Position numbers and translations under genes: made by a program. Positions 11,903 through 22,543 of a DNA stretch of 32,000 nucleotides are shown piece by piece. The DNA comes from Candidatus Paracaedimonas acanthamoebae. GTDB lineage: Bacteria; Pseudomonadota; Alphaproteobacteria; Caedimonadales; Caedimonadaceae. The notes under the pieces are model-generated. The model had not been told where the DNA came from and did not search any database. It saw only the letters and a list, made by a program, of their open reading frames with translations. How positions within the stretch are numbered: position 1 is the first letter of the stretch; every line of letters starts with the position of its first letter. Location of the stretch: assembly GCA_000743035.1 (NCBI GenBank), contig CP008936.1, positions 1-32,000 on the forward strand, given 5' to 3'.

Positions 11903-14014
11903 ATGCCGAGTTCTTTTGTTTATCCAGAATTTGATTCTTTAAGGTCGTTATTTTCTTCTGTAGCGACGATAAATGGCGTTGGTCCCACAACAGCTCATCT
12001 TCTTCAAAAACTTGGTTGTACAATAATACGGGACCTTTTATGGCATTTGCCTCAGGAAGTCCAAATCAGAAGATTTTCACCAGCAATAAAGTTTGCTTGC
12101 CCTAATGAATTAATAACGTTGCAGGTAAGAGTTATCAACCATTCTGTTCTGCGCAAACAAAAAGGTCGCTTGACCTCTTATCGTGTCATTTGTTCGGATT
12201 CTGAAGATTCAATTGAGCTCGTGTTTTTTAACCCAAACCTTAGTTATCTTAAAAATGCTCTTGTTGTCGGTAGTGAAGTGATCATAAGTGGACGCTTTGA
12301 GATTTATAAAGGTCGTTTCCAAATGACCCACCCTGACCATATAGGTCCTTTAACCTCTAGAGCTTTTTGGGAGGGGGCGGAGCCTATATATCCCCTTACA
12401 CAAGGGCTTCCTCAAAAAATGCTACAGAAAATAATAAAAGCTTCCCTTATAAAATGCCCACAGTTGCCAGAATGGTTATCTAGCCATATTCTTAAAAAAT
12501 ACCATTGGCCTTCTTGGCAGACAGCACTACAAAAGCTGCACTCTCCTTCTCACGAGAACGACCTTCATCTTGGACATACTTGTCGCCGTCGTTTGGCTTA
12601 TGACGAAATTTTATCAAACCAATTGTCTCTTATTTTAACGCGGTGCCAAGCTGAAGTTGCTCAAGGGCATGCTCTAACAGGGGATGGCCACCTTCAACAA
12701 AAAGTCCTTGAAACACTTCCTTTTAATTTAACGCAAGATCAAGTTAAAGCACTTGCGGAAATACAACAGGACATGGCCTCTTCTTCTCGTATGGTACGCT
12801 TACTTCAAGGCGATGTGGGGAGTGGAAAAACAATCGTTGCTTTTTTATGTATGGTTAAGGCCGTAGAAGCTGGATATCAAGTAGCGTTACTAGCTCCTAC
12901 AGAAATTTTGGCGCGTCAGCATTATAAAACGATGGAAGATTGGGCTCGAACGGCGGGTGTTAGTCTTGAGCTATTAATAGGTAAAGATACTACAAAACGC
13001 CGGCAAAAAATATATCAGTCTTTAGCAGAAGGCGACGTTAATATTGTGATAGGAACTCACGCACTTATTCAGCCCGAAGTCCAATTTAAAAATTTGGGAT
13101 TTATTGTCATTGATGAGCAGCATAGATTCGGTGTCGAACAGCGGCTTAATTTATCAGAAAAAGGAATAAATATTGATATATTATCTATGACCGCAACACC
13201 TATTCCTCGTACGCTTATGCTTACAGTATTTGGAGATCTCTCAAGCTCTTATTTGCGACAGAAACCTTCCAATCGCAAAGATATTATTACGACAACCATT
13301 CCTTTAGCTCGTTTAAATGAGATTGTGATGAGCCTCAAGCGCGCATTACATAAGGGGGATAAGGTATATTGGGTTTGCCCTTTAATTGAAGAATCCGAAA
13401 GCCTGGATTTAGCTGCCGCTGAAGAAAGATTTGCAATGTTACAGACGCTTTTTCCAGAGAAGGTTGGCTTGATTCATGGGCGGCTTAGAAGTCATGAAAA
13501 AGAAGTAACGATGCAGGCTTTCATTGAAGGATCAATTAAAATTCTTGTGGCAACGACTGTTATTGAAGTAGGTGTTCATGTTGAAGATGCATCTGTCATA
13601 ATTATTGAGCATGCTGAACGTTTTGGATTGGCACAACTTCATCAATTACGAGGACGTATAGGAAGAGGATCTCAAGAATCTTATTGTTTGCTCCTTTATG
13701 GTGAATCACTCAATCCGACAGCAAGGGCACGCTTAAACGTGATGCGTTCTACAACGGATGGTTTTAAGATAGCAGAAGAAGATTTAAAACTTAGAGGTGG
13801 TGGGGAAGCTTTTGGTGTTAAGCAAAGTGGGATGCCATCTTTTAAGTTTTTTGATCCTATTGCTCATCAAGATTTACTTTTACAAGCCCATGACAATGCG
13901 CGGGCTATCTTATCCAAAGATCCTCATTTGTTGGGCCCTCAAGGGCAAGCCTTACGTATTCTTTTGCGTTTATTTGAAAAAGAGCAAACTTTTAAGTATC
14001 TTAAGGCCGCTTAA
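11903..14014 (+). CDS. recG: ATP-dependent DNA helicase RecG
   Basis: 703 aa with an N-terminal wedge/OB region. Helicase motif I is GDVGSGKT and motif II is VIDEQHRFG. The motif VI region is QLRGRIGRG. Confidence 0.95.
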   Translation: MPSSFVYPEFDSLRSLFSSVATINGVGPTTAHLLQKLGCTIIRDLLWHLPQEVQIRRFSPAIKFACPNELITLQVRVINHSVLRKQKGRLTSYRVICSDSEDSIELVFFNPNLSYLKNALVVGSEVIISGRFEIYKGRFQMTHPDHIGPLTSRAFWEGAEPIYPLTQGLPQKMLQKIIKASLIKCPQLPEWLSSHILKKYHWPSWQTALQKLHSPSHENDLHLGHTCRRRLAYDEILSNQLSLILTRCQAEVAQGHALTGDGHLQQKVLETLPFNLTQDQVKALAEIQQDMASSSRMVRLLQGDVGSGKTIVAFLCMVKAVEAGYQVALLAPTEILARQHYKTMEDWARTAGVSLELLIGKDTTKRRQKIYQSLAEGDVNIVIGTHALIQPEVQFKNLGFIVIDEQHRFGVEQRLNLSEKGINIDILSMTATPIPRTLMLTVFGDLSSSYLRQKPSNRKDIITTTIPLARLNEIVMSLKRALHKGDKVYWVCPLIEESESLDLAAAEERFAMLQTLFPEKVGLIHGRLRSHEKEVTMQAFIEGSIKILVATTVIEVGVHVEDASVIIIEHAERFGLAQLHQLRGRIGRGSQESYCLLLYGESLNPTARARLNVMRSTTDGFKIAEEDLKLRGGGEAFGVKQSGMPSFKFFDPIAHQDLLLQAHDNARAILSKDPHLLGPQGQALRILLRLFEKEQTFKYLKAA

Positions 14015-14038
14015 TATGATGTATAAAAATATTTATAT

Positions 14039-14067
14039 TTCAATAGCTTAATTATTTTACGTATAAT
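14039..14067 (+). promoter_or_regulatory. Candidate sigma70-type promoter for the OPT transporter gene
   Basis: TTCAAT-N17-TATAAT, with a perfect -10, lies about 120 nt upstream of the ATG at 14189. The AT-rich context makes chance matches likely. Confidence 0.35.
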
Positions 14068-14188
14068 TTCTGAAGTTTTTTTAAGCAAGAATTCAGCAAT
14101 TTATTAAATCTTTTACTTGACCCTAAACAAGATTCTCCGCACCATAGGCACTTGTCATTAAATAAGAAAAGAATAAAGGAGCATTGAA

Positions 14189-16288
14189 ATGAGTCCCTTA
14201 GGAAGAAAAGCGAAGCAGATGAAAACTTTATTGCAGTCTTCAGAAAGCCGCGTTCAACCTTATGTTCCTGCAGAAAAAAATCTTCCTGAAATTACATGGA
14301 AAGCTACCCTGTTAAGCATTTTTTTAGCGGTTATTATGGCAGGTTCAAATGCTTACTTAGGACTAAAGATAGGTTTAACAGTTTCTGCGACTATCCCGGC
14401 TGCGGTCATTTCAATGACAGTCCTTCGTTTTTTTCGGAATTCTAATATCTTAGAAAATAATATTGTGCAGACAGCAACATCTGCAGGTGAAGTTATTGCC
14501 GCTGCGGTTGTTTTTACTCTCCCTGCTCTTCTTTTGATGGGCTATTGGAAAGAATTTCCATTTGGAATTACGACAGCCATTATTATTGTGGGAGGATTGT
14601 TAGGTGTATTATTTTCAATCCCTTTGCGTCGCGCTTATATTGTCGAAAATGAGGAGCTTAAATTTCCGGAAGGGATTGCAACTGGAGAAGTATTAAAAGT
14701 CGGAGATAGCGAAGCTCGTGAAGGAACAAGAGATTTGTTGATGGGGGGACTGTTTGCTGGTTTAGTTAAATTTGCCCAATCTGGTTTAATGATCATGAGC
14801 GAAAGCGCTCATTATTGGTTTCAAACAACACGCACTGTTTTTGGATTTGGATCAGGATTTTCTTTAGTTCTTGTGGGTGCAGGCTATATCGTGGGCGTTC
14901 AAGTGGGTGTAAGTATGTTGATTGGTGCTATTGTTGCATGGATGATAGCTGTTCCTCTTCATGGTTTTCTTTTTGGTCTTCCTGAGGCGGGAAGTGCTTA
15001 TGAAATTGCCGTTACTATTTGGAATAAGAATATTAGAATGATTGGTGTTGGAACAATGGTTGTGGGAGGTGTTTGGACTTTAGTTTATCTTATAAAGCCT
15101 ATTGCCGAAGCAATTCGATCATCGCTTGCAACATTAAAAAAGGCAAAATTGGGAACACAAGGTTCTTTATTAAGAACAGAATATGATATTCCTATAAACT
15201 ATGTTTTAATAGGTGTTGCTGTATTAACAATTCCATTGGCATTTATTTTTCATTACATTTTAAGTCAAGCAGATATGCAAATCCCTATGACAGTTCATTT
15301 CGTAACTGTCCTTGTGGTTACGCTATTTGCAATTATTGCTGGCTTTTTATGTGCGGCCATTGCTGGTTATATGACAGGGTTAGTAGGTTCTTCTAATAAT
15401 CCTCTTTCGGGCGTTACTATCATGGCAATTCTTTTCATTTCCATGATTTTGCTTGTTATGTTAGGGACGCATATTGATTTTGGAACAAAGGGGGCTAATT
15501 CATTAGCAGCGGCAGCTATTGCGATTATCATTGGGGCAGTTATGGCTACAGCTGCTGCAATTAGTGGAGATAATTTGCAAGATCTTAAGTCAGGCCAAAT
15601 TGTCGGTGCAACTCCTTGGAAACAACAAGTTATGTTAATGCTTGGTGTTGTGGCTGGTTCACTTGTTATGGCCCCTATCCTCGAAGTTTTATACCAAGCT
15701 TATGGAATTGGCGATAGTTTACCACGTGAAGGAATGGACCCGACGCAAGCATTAGGCGCTCCTAAAGCAGCAATCATGGCGGCTATTGCGGAAGGAGTAT
15801 TCACGCACTCATTAGATTGGACAATGTTTAGCATTGGTGCGGCACTTGCAATAATTTTTATCCTTGTTGATAATTTCTTAAAAGGAAGTAACTCTACGTG
15901 GCGTTTGCCGGTTCTAGCTGTTGCCTTAGGAATTTATATGCCTTTAGATGTTACTATCCCATTACTTGTAGGGGGAATTATTGCCTTTTTGTGTCAATTT
16001 AAAATGAAAAAAGAGCAATCAAAGTTTAGTGAAAAAGATTATACTCATAAGCAAGAATATGCTAACCGCAGAGGAATGCTTTTCTGTTCAGGTTTAATTG
16101 CTGGAGAGTCTATCATTGGTATTTTATTGGCTATTCCTTTTGCGGCCTATCAAAGCACCGATGTGTTTAAAATGGCTCCTGCTGATTTTGAACATATGGG
16201 GGTACTTCTGGGGATTTTAGCTTTTATGGGGGTATGTTATTACCTTTATAAAATCGCTTCCCAGTTCCAAGAAAGTGCCAAAAAATGA
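14189..16288 (+). CDS. OPT-family oligopeptide transporter
   Basis: 699 aa and highly polytopic, with more than 14 hydrophobic segments. The N-terminus is typical of bacterial OPT proteins (PEITWKATLLSIFLAVIMAGSNAYLGLKIGLTVSATIPAAV). An AAAGGAG ribosome-binding site precedes the ATG. Confidence 0.88.
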   Translation: MSPLGRKAKQMKTLLQSSESRVQPYVPAEKNLPEITWKATLLSIFLAVIMAGSNAYLGLKIGLTVSATIPAAVISMTVLRFFRNSNILENNIVQTATSAGEVIAAAVVFTLPALLLMGYWKEFPFGITTAIIIVGGLLGVLFSIPLRRAYIVENEELKFPEGIATGEVLKVGDSEAREGTRDLLMGGLFAGLVKFAQSGLMIMSESAHYWFQTTRTVFGFGSGFSLVLVGAGYIVGVQVGVSMLIGAIVAWMIAVPLHGFLFGLPEAGSAYEIAVTIWNKNIRMIGVGTMVVGGVWTLVYLIKPIAEAIRSSLATLKKAKLGTQGSLLRTEYDIPINYVLIGVAVLTIPLAFIFHYILSQADMQIPMTVHFVTVLVVTLFAIIAGFLCAAIAGYMTGLVGSSNNPLSGVTIMAILFISMILLVMLGTHIDFGTKGANSLAAAAIAIIIGAVMATAAAISGDNLQDLKSGQIVGATPWKQQVMLMLGVVAGSLVMAPILEVLYQAYGIGDSLPREGMDPTQALGAPKAAIMAAIAEGVFTHSLDWTMFSIGAALAIIFILVDNFLKGSNSTWRLPVLAVALGIYMPLDVTIPLLVGGIIAFLCQFKMKKEQSKFSEKDYTHKQEYANRRGMLFCSGLIAGESIIGILLAIPFAAYQSTDVFKMAPADFEHMGVLLGILAFMGVCYYLYKIASQFQESAKK

Positions 16289-16369
16289 AGATTAAAACAC
16301 ATAAAGCGGTGTTTTCGGAATATTAATCATCATTTTTCTGATTTTTAGAACATAAAGAAGCTATTTTGT

Positions 16370-16446
16370 GCGCCCGTAGCTCAGCTGGATAGAGCGTTGC
16401 CCTCCGGAGGCAAAGGTCAGGGGTTCGAATCCCTTCGGGCGCGCCA
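16370..16446 (+). tRNA. tRNA-Arg (anticodon CCG)
   Basis: Hand-folded cloverleaf. The acceptor stem is GCGCCCG/CGGGCGC and the D arm is GCTC-AGCTGGATA-GAGC. The anticodon stem TTGCC/GGCAA carries loop CT-CCG-GA. The T arm is AGGGG-TTCGAAT-CCCTT, with discriminator G and an encoded CCA. Confidence 0.95.
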
Positions 16447-16473
16447 AGTCATTATTTAAATCCCTTAGAATGA

Positions 16474-16502
16474 TTGACAATCGTAAAGCTTTCCTATATT
16501 AA
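16474..16502 (+). promoter_or_regulatory. Candidate sigma70-type promoter for the polysaccharide operon
   Basis: TTGACA-N17-TATTAA sits between the tRNA and the first gene of the sugar-nucleotide operon, about 35 nt upstream of the ATG at 16538. Confidence 0.45.
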
Positions 16503-16537
16503 ACACCACTATTGTTTTAAAAGATTGGTTGCATAGA

Positions 16538-17893
16538 ATGACATCAATAAACGCTAATAACGTACTGAATCTAAAACAACTTAAAGAAGATATACATTCT
16601 AAAAAAGCAAAAATTGGTATCATTGGGTTAGGGTATGTGGGACTTCCTTTAGCCCATGCCTTTGTAAATAACTCCTTTTCAGTACTAGGGTTTGATATTG
16701 ATGAATCGAAAGTTAATAAATTAAAAAATTCTCAATCTTATATTAAATATATACCAGCAAGCCAAATAGCTGAGATGAACAATACCGGGCGATTTCAGGC
16801 GACAGTAGATCATGCACAATTAAGAGAAGTGGACATTATCATTATTTGTGTACCAACGCCGCTTACAAAGCATCGCGAACCTGATATGAGTTATGTCGTA
16901 AGCACAACTGAAGCCATTAAGCCTCATTTGAAAAGTGGACATCTTGTTATATTGGAGTCCACAACTTATCCAGGTACAACAGAAGAAGTTTTAAAGACTA
17001 TTTTAGAAAAATCTGGCCTTATTTGTGGGCAAGATTTCTTTTTAGGATATTCGCCTGAGCGAGAAGACCCAGGAAATATTAATTATAAGATTAATACAAT
17101 TCCCAAAGTTGTTGGAGGGGATGATCCTGATACTTTAGAAATGTGCGTTGCACTTTATGGAGCTATTGCAGCTGGAGTTGTGCCTGTTGCCTCTATTAAA
17201 ACAGCTGAAGCAGTAAAGTTAACAGAAAATATTTTTCGCAGTGTTAATATAGCACTTGTTAATGAGTTAAAGATTGTTTTTGAGAAGATGGGAATCGATG
17301 TTTGGGAGGTTATTGAAGCTGCAAAAAGTAAACCTTTCGGTTATATGCCTTTTTATCCTGGGCCGGGATTAGGAGGACACTGTATTCCTATAGATCCCTT
17401 TTACTTGACGTGGAAAGCGCACGAGTATGGAATTTCAACGCGATTTATTGAACTTGCCGGACAAATTAATACAAGTATGCCATTAAGAATAGTGCAACGA
17501 CTTGCCGAAGCCCTAGATGAACGGTTTTCCCGCGGATTAAGAGGGGCAAAACTTTTGATTTTGGGAATAGCGTATAAGAAAAATGTTGATGATATGCGTG
17601 AAAGCCCTGCTCTTGAAATTATGGAAATTTTAAGAGAACGAGGTGCAGAAGTATTTTATTATGATCCTTTTATTCCTGAAATTGAAAAAACAAGAGAACA
17701 CATGGAACTTGCTGGCATGAAGAGCATTGGGTGCACCGCAGAAGAACTTAAAAAAATTGATGCAGTCATTATTTGCGCAGATCATGACAGTGTTGATTAT
17801 AATTTTATAGTTGAGAATAGTTCTCTTGTTATTGATACGCGCAATGCGACAAAAGCAGTTAACCATCATAGAGAGCGCATTTTTAAGGCTTAA
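16538..17893 (+). CDS. wbpA: Nucleotide-sugar 6-dehydrogenase, likely UDP-N-acetyl-D-glucosamine 6-dehydrogenase (WbpA-like)
   Basis: N-terminal Rossmann motif [14 protein letters not shown] and the catalytic-Cys region [13 protein letters not shown]. The context with WbpB/D/E-like genes supports the call. The ORF track starts at TTG 16529; ATG 16538 is preferred but uncertain. Confidence 0.88.
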   Translation: MTSINANNVLNLKQLKEDIHSKKAKIGIIGLGYVGLPLAHAFVNNSFSVLGFDIDESKVNKLKNSQSYIKYIPASQIAEMNNTGRFQATVDHAQLREVDIIIICVPTPLTKHREPDMSYVVSTTEAIKPHLKSGHLVILESTTYPGTTEEVLKTILEKSGLICGQDFFLGYSPEREDPGNINYKINTIPKVVGGDDPDTLEMCVALYGAIAAGVVPVASIKTAEAVKLTENIFRSVNIALVNELKIVFEKMGIDVWEVIEAAKSKPFGYMPFYPGPGLGGHCIPIDPFYLTWKAHEYGISTRFIELAGQINTSMPLRIVQRLAEALDERFSRGLRGAKLLILGIAYKKNVDDMRESPALEIMEILRERGAEVFYYDPFIPEIEKTREHMELAGMKSIGCTAEELKKIDAVIICADHDSVDYNFIVENSSLVIDTRNATKAVNHHRERIFKA

Positions 17894-17906
17894 GGAGAGC
17901 TATACA

Positions 17907-19469
17907 GTGTCACTTAAAATTTCAGTTTTAGGATGCGGATATTGGGGGAAAAATCATGTTCGCAACTTTGCTGAGCTTGGCTTTTTACATTCTGTTTGTG
18001 ATCCTGATAAACAAATTTCAGAAAAATATTCTCAGGAATATGGCGTCCCTGCTTTTTCGTTTGAAGATGTGTTAAAAGATCCTTCCTGTACGGGTGTCGT
18101 TATAGCAACACCAGCGATTTTACATGCTTTACTTGCTCAGAGAGCCCTTGAAGCTGGTAAGCACGTTTTTGTCGAAAAACCACTAACACTTGATATTGCT
18201 GAAGCTCAAGCTCTTTGTCTGCTTGCGCGCAAGCAACAACGAATATTGATGGTTGGTCATATCTTGCAATATCATAAAGCTTATTTAAAGCTTAAAGAAA
18301 TGGTGCGCAAAGGAGAATTAGGTAAGCTACAGTATATCTATTCAAACCGCCTTAACCTTGGGAAAATTCGTACAGAAGAAAATATTTGGTGGAATGTTGC
18401 TCCTCATGATGTTTCTATGATTTTAGGGTTAGCCAATGAGCTGCCCACAAAAGTATATGCAACAGGAGCAACTTTCTTAAGTTCTCAAATTCATGATATT
18501 GCAACTGCTCATTTAAGCTTCCAAAATGGGATAGAAGCCCATATTCATGTTTCATGGTTGCACCCTTTTAAACAACAGATGTTAGTTGTGATCGGAGATA
18601 AGGGAATGGCAGTCTTTGATGATTGTTTACCATGGGACCAAAAATTATCTTTTTATAAGAGTCATGTTGCCTCCAAAGAAGGCTTGTTAGAGGCAATTAA
18701 AGGAGAGCAGGAACTTATTCCTTTAGAGGCAGACGAGCCTTTAAAAAGAGAATGCCTATCTTTTATTGAAGCAATTAAAACAGGGACACCTCCGGTGACT
18801 GATGGAGAAGAAGGGTTAAAAGTTTTACAAGTATTAACCGCAGCTCAAGAATCAATGGATCAGCAAAAACTTATCGAAATTAAAAAATCTCAGCCTCAAG
18901 ATTATTTTGTGCATGAATCTGCTTATGTTGATGAAGGGGCGCGCGTCGGGAAAGGAACTAAAATTTGGCATTTTAGCCATATTTTAAAAGATACTGTCAT
19001 CGGTGAACAAGTCATTATTGGGCAAAATGTTATGATTGGCCCTGATGTTAAAGTTGGGAATCGCTGCAAGATTCAAAATAATGTGAGCCTTTATAAGGGA
19101 ACTATCCTCGAAGATGGGGTTTTTTGTGGCCCTTCTTGTGTTTTTACAAATGTTAATACACCTCGAGCTGAAATTGAGAGGAAGGATGAATTTTTACAAA
19201 CGATTGTCAAACAAGGGGCAACAATAGGGGCAAATGCGACAATTGTTTGTGGAAATCCGATAGGTGCTTATAGTTTTATTGCGGCTGGTGCAGTTGTTAC
19301 AAAAGAAGTTCCAGCACATGCGCTTATGGCAGGCGTTCCAGCGCGAAGAATAGGCTGGGTAAGTCATGCTGGTGAAGTGCTAGGGCCTGATTTACGTTGT
19401 CCTCGTGAAGGACGTCGTTATCGGCAAGTAGATACAGATACTCTTGAGGAGATTATAAATGAGTCATAG
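17907..19469 (+). CDS. Fusion protein: Gfo/Idh/MocA oxidoreductase (WbpB/WlbA-like) plus left-handed beta-helix N-acetyltransferase (WbpD/WlbB-like)
   Basis: GTG start at 17907, preceded by AAGGAGAG at a 7-nt spacing. The track start at 17811 would overlap the upstream gene. The N-terminal half has [11 protein letters not shown] and the FVEKPL motif. The C-terminal half has hexapeptide repeats and KIQNNVSLY...[23 protein letters not shown]...[15 protein letters not shown], typical of WlbB/WbpD. Confidence 0.85.
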   Translation: MSLKISVLGCGYWGKNHVRNFAELGFLHSVCDPDKQISEKYSQEYGVPAFSFEDVLKDPSCTGVVIATPAILHALLAQRALEAGKHVFVEKPLTLDIAEAQALCLLARKQQRILMVGHILQYHKAYLKLKEMVRKGELGKLQYIYSNRLNLGKIRTEENIWWNVAPHDVSMILGLANELPTKVYATGATFLSSQIHDIATAHLSFQNGIEAHIHVSWLHPFKQQMLVVIGDKGMAVFDDCLPWDQKLSFYKSHVASKEGLLEAIKGEQELIPLEADEPLKRECLSFIEAIKTGTPPVTDGEEGLKVLQVLTAAQESMDQQKLIEIKKSQPQDYFVHESAYVDEGARVGKGTKIWHFSHILKDTVIGEQVIIGQNVMIGPDVKVGNRCKIQNNVSLYKGTILEDGVFCGPSCVFTNVNTPRAEIERKDEFLQTIVKQGATIGANATIVCGNPIGAYSFIAAGAVVTKEVPAHALMAGVPARRIGWVSHAGEVLGPDLRCPREGRRYRQVDTDTLEEIINES

Positions 19470-20619
19470 TGCCCTGTCCCCTAGCTCTCAAATTCATTTT
19501 ATTGATCTTGAAGCTCAGCAAGCTAAAATACGCTCCCAAGTCGACAAAGCTATTAAGCAGGTTCTTGATCATGGAATTTACATTATGGGGCCTGAAGTAG
19601 CTGAATTTGAAAAGAACTTAGGTGCTTTTTGTGGAGCAAAACATAACCTCTCATGTTCGAATGGGACAGATGCTTTGGCATTTGGTTTAATGGCATTTGG
19701 GGTAGAGCCAGGTGATGCTGTTTTTGTTCCTTCATTTACTTTCGCAGCAACTGCAGAAGTTGTGACTTGGTTTGGAGCAACTCCCATCTTTATTGATGTA
19801 TTAGAAGATACATATAATATGGATCCGCACAGCCTTGAAAAGGGTATTGCTCTTGCAAAAAAACTTTCTCTGAACCCCAAAGGTATTATACCTGTTGATC
19901 TTTTCGGGTTACCTGCAGATTATGATGCTATTGAATCCATTGCAAAAGCCCATTCTCTATGGATTATGGCAGATGCAGCTCAGAGCTTTGGTGCGTCCTA
20001 TAAAGGGCGTCAAGTTGGGACTTTAGGCGAAATTACGACAACAAGCTTTTTCCCTGCAAAACCTTTAGGATGCTATGGAGATGGTGGTGCAGTTTTTACG
20101 AATAATGATGAATATGCTGCAGTAATGCGCTCAATTCGTGTTCACGGCCAAGGAAGCGATAAATATGATAATGTAAGAGTGGGTATGAATGGTCGCTTAG
20201 ATACATTACAAGCGGCAATCCTCTTGCAGAAGCTTGCTATTTTTCCTGAAGAAATTAAAGCACGAAATTTAGTGGCGCAACGTTATCAAAAGGGGCTACA
20301 AGATATTGTTAAAACTCCCTCTGTGCCTCAAGGGTTAACCTCAGTTTGGGCGCAATATACAGTGCAATTGCCAGAAAATATTGATCGCAAAGAACTTATG
20401 TCTAAGCTTCAAGAGGCTAAAATTCCCTCGGTTATCTATTATGTAAAAACCCTTCACCTACAAACTGCCTATAAACATCATCCTTGTGTTGATGGGCATT
20501 TGCCAATTGCTGAAAAATTGTCACAGTGTGTTTTAAGCTTGCCGATGCATCCTTATTTGCAAGAAAATACACAAGACTACATAATAGAAGTTTTTCGCGA
20601 TTTAGTATCTAAGGCTTAA
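19459..20619 (+). CDS. wbpE: DegT/DnrJ/EryC1/StrS-family PLP-dependent aminotransferase (WbpE/WlbC-like)
   Basis: 386 aa of the fold-type I sugar aminotransferase pattern ([46 protein letters not shown]). It overlaps the upstream gene by 11 nt. Confidence 0.9.
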   Translation: MSHSALSPSSQIHFIDLEAQQAKIRSQVDKAIKQVLDHGIYIMGPEVAEFEKNLGAFCGAKHNLSCSNGTDALAFGLMAFGVEPGDAVFVPSFTFAATAEVVTWFGATPIFIDVLEDTYNMDPHSLEKGIALAKKLSLNPKGIIPVDLFGLPADYDAIESIAKAHSLWIMADAAQSFGASYKGRQVGTLGEITTTSFFPAKPLGCYGDGGAVFTNNDEYAAVMRSIRVHGQGSDKYDNVRVGMNGRLDTLQAAILLQKLAIFPEEIKARNLVAQRYQKGLQDIVKTPSVPQGLTSVWAQYTVQLPENIDRKELMSKLQEAKIPSVIYYVKTLHLQTAYKHHPCVDGHLPIAEKLSQCVLSLPMHPYLQENTQDYIIEVFRDLVSKA

Positions 20620-20620
20620 G

Positions 20621-22543
20621 GTGTGCGGTTTAAACGCAATCTTAACTGGAAAAAATTTAAGCGTGCCTTTTCTCATGATAGAGAAGATGCATGCGCAGAT
20701 TCCCCATCGTGGTCCAGATGGAGAAGGTTTTTTATCTTGGAGCCCCAATAGATCAATTGAGATGAGTCACCAGTCTGCTCAGCTTGCATCAGGAAAGTTA
20801 CTCTTTTCACATCGTCGTCTTGCAGTTCAAGATACGTTATCTCGCTCAACGCAGCCGATGGCTAATGCAGATAAGTCCCTATTTATTATTTTAAATGGTG
20901 AGATATATAATTTTATTGAGCTACGGGAATCTTTAGAAAAGTTAGGTTGTTCTTTTAATACAAATTCTGATACGGAAGTTTTATTAAAGGCATATGAAGT
21001 GTGGGGGAAAGAAATCTTTTCTCGACTAGTTGGTATGTTTACTTTTCTTATTTTAGATTTAAGAAAATCCTGTTTGTTTGTGGCGCGTGATTTTTTTGGC
21101 ATTAAACCACTTTTCTACAGTTATAAAAATGAAAGTTATTTTTTTGCATCAGAACTTAACTCTTTAATTTGTTTAGATGTAATATCTCGTAAAGTTCATC
21201 CTAAAGCATTATATGATTATTTGAGATTTGGATTAACAAATCATTCTCAAGACACCTTATTTGCGGATATAAAGCAGTTCCCTGCGGCTCATTATGCAGA
21301 AATAGATCTAAAAGCACCAAGATTAGAGCCAATTAAATACTGGTCTCCTCATCTTTCTCAAGTAAATTATACGCGGGCTGAAGCTGTGGAAAAACTGCGT
21401 ACCTTATTTCTGAGAAATATAGGATTACATTTGAGAAGCGATGTACCAGTGGGAGCAGCACTTTCTGGGGGTGTTGATTCTTCTTCAATTGTTATGGGGA
21501 TGAAAGCTGTTGGTGGAAAGTCTCTTAACATTAAAACATTTAGTTATTGTGCTCGAGGCTCAAATTATAATGAAGAGATCTGGATAGATCGGATAGCTCA
21601 AGCTTCTCAAGTAGAAAACTATAAAACGTTTCTTACACCGGAAGTTTTTAAGGCAGATCTTGACTCACTCATAAAAATTCAAGGGGAACCTTTTGGAAGT
21701 ACAAGTATCTATGCTCAATATAAAGTTTTTGAACTAGCTAAGAACCATAACATTAAAGTAATGTTAGATGGGCAGGGGGCTGATGAACTTTTAGCAGGAT
21801 ATCGTCCTTATTTAGCCAAAAGATTAGGGAACCTCTTAAAAGAAGGACAACTTCATAAAGCTGCTCAATTTATAATGTCAGCGCTGCAGCTCCCAGATTT
21901 AAGTGCAAAAAAGTTCTTATTACAAGTTGGTGCTCATTTTGTTCCAAGTGCCCTCGAAGGTTTCGCAAGGAAAATTAGTGGTGAATCTCTTACACCTTCT
22001 TGGATAAAAAAGAAGTGGTTTATTGACCAAGGTCTTTCTTTAAATATTCCAGTTAACTCTGAGAAAAACCTTAAATCCTCTCTTATTGAAAGCCTTACGA
22101 GTACTGTGTTGCCTGCTTTACTTAGATATGACGATCATAATTCTATGAATTTCTCTATAGAGAGTAGGGTTCCATTCTTGACGCCTGAGTTTGCAGACTT
22201 TGTTTACTCTTTAGATGATAGTTTTTTAATATCAGATACAGCTGAAACAAAATCTATTTTTCGTCAAGCCATGCAGGGGATTGTACCTGAAGAAGTTTTG
22301 AATCGTCGAGATAAGATAGGTTTTAAAACACCAGAACAAAGTTTGATCAAAGAATGTAGAGACTGGATTGGTAAAGGTTCTAATCAAGAAGTACTACATC
22401 AAATTCCAAGTTTAAACCATAAAGTGATTTTAGAGCAATTACAGCAAGCAATGACAAACAGTACAGAATTAGATTTTAAATATTGGCGATGGATTAATCT
22501 TATAAAATGGTCAGAGATATATAATGTCGAATTTGGCCAATAA
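20621..22543 (+). CDS. Asparagine synthase (glutamine-hydrolysing)-family amidotransferase
   Basis: GTG start gives Met-Cys-Gly, the Ntn glutaminase nucleophile Cys2. The PP-loop SGGVDSS is present, at 640 aa. It starts 1 nt after the aminotransferase stop, inside the polysaccharide operon. Confidence 0.9.
   Translation: MCGLNAILTGKNLSVPFLMIEKMHAQIPHRGPDGEGFLSWSPNRSIEMSHQSAQLASGKLLFSHRRLAVQDTLSRSTQPMANADKSLFIILNGEIYNFIELRESLEKLGCSFNTNSDTEVLLKAYEVWGKEIFSRLVGMFTFLILDLRKSCLFVARDFFGIKPLFYSYKNESYFFASELNSLICLDVISRKVHPKALYDYLRFGLTNHSQDTLFADIKQFPAAHYAEIDLKAPRLEPIKYWSPHLSQVNYTRAEAVEKLRTLFLRNIGLHLRSDVPVGAALSGGVDSSSIVMGMKAVGGKSLNIKTFSYCARGSNYNEEIWIDRIAQASQVENYKTFLTPEVFKADLDSLIKIQGEPFGSTSIYAQYKVFELAKNHNIKVMLDGQGADELLAGYRPYLAKRLGNLLKEGQLHKAAQFIMSALQLPDLSAKKFLLQVGAHFVPSALEGFARKISGESLTPSWIKKKWFIDQGLSLNIPVNSEKNLKSSLIESLTSTVLPALLRYDDHNSMNFSIESRVPFLTPEFADFVYSLDDSFLISDTAETKSIFRQAMQGIVPEEVLNRRDKIGFKTPEQSLIKECRDWIGKGSNQEVLHQIPSLNHKVILEQLQQAMTNSTELDFKYWRWINLIKWSEIYNVEFGQ

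Noticed and set aside
13797-14051. 84-aa plus-strand ORF overlapping the 3-prime end of recG in another frame.
   Set aside because: It lies almost entirely within recG coding sequence. Its hydrophobic, low-complexity translation has no ribosome-binding site, so it is an alternative-frame artefact.
17811-17906. N-terminal extension of the oxidoreductase/acetyltransferase ORF given in the ORF track (start at 17811).
   Set aside because: It would overlap the 3-prime end of the dehydrogenase gene by 83 nt. GTG 17907 has a strong AAGGAGAG ribosome-binding site and yields the canonical Rossmann N-terminus ([13 protein letters not shown]).
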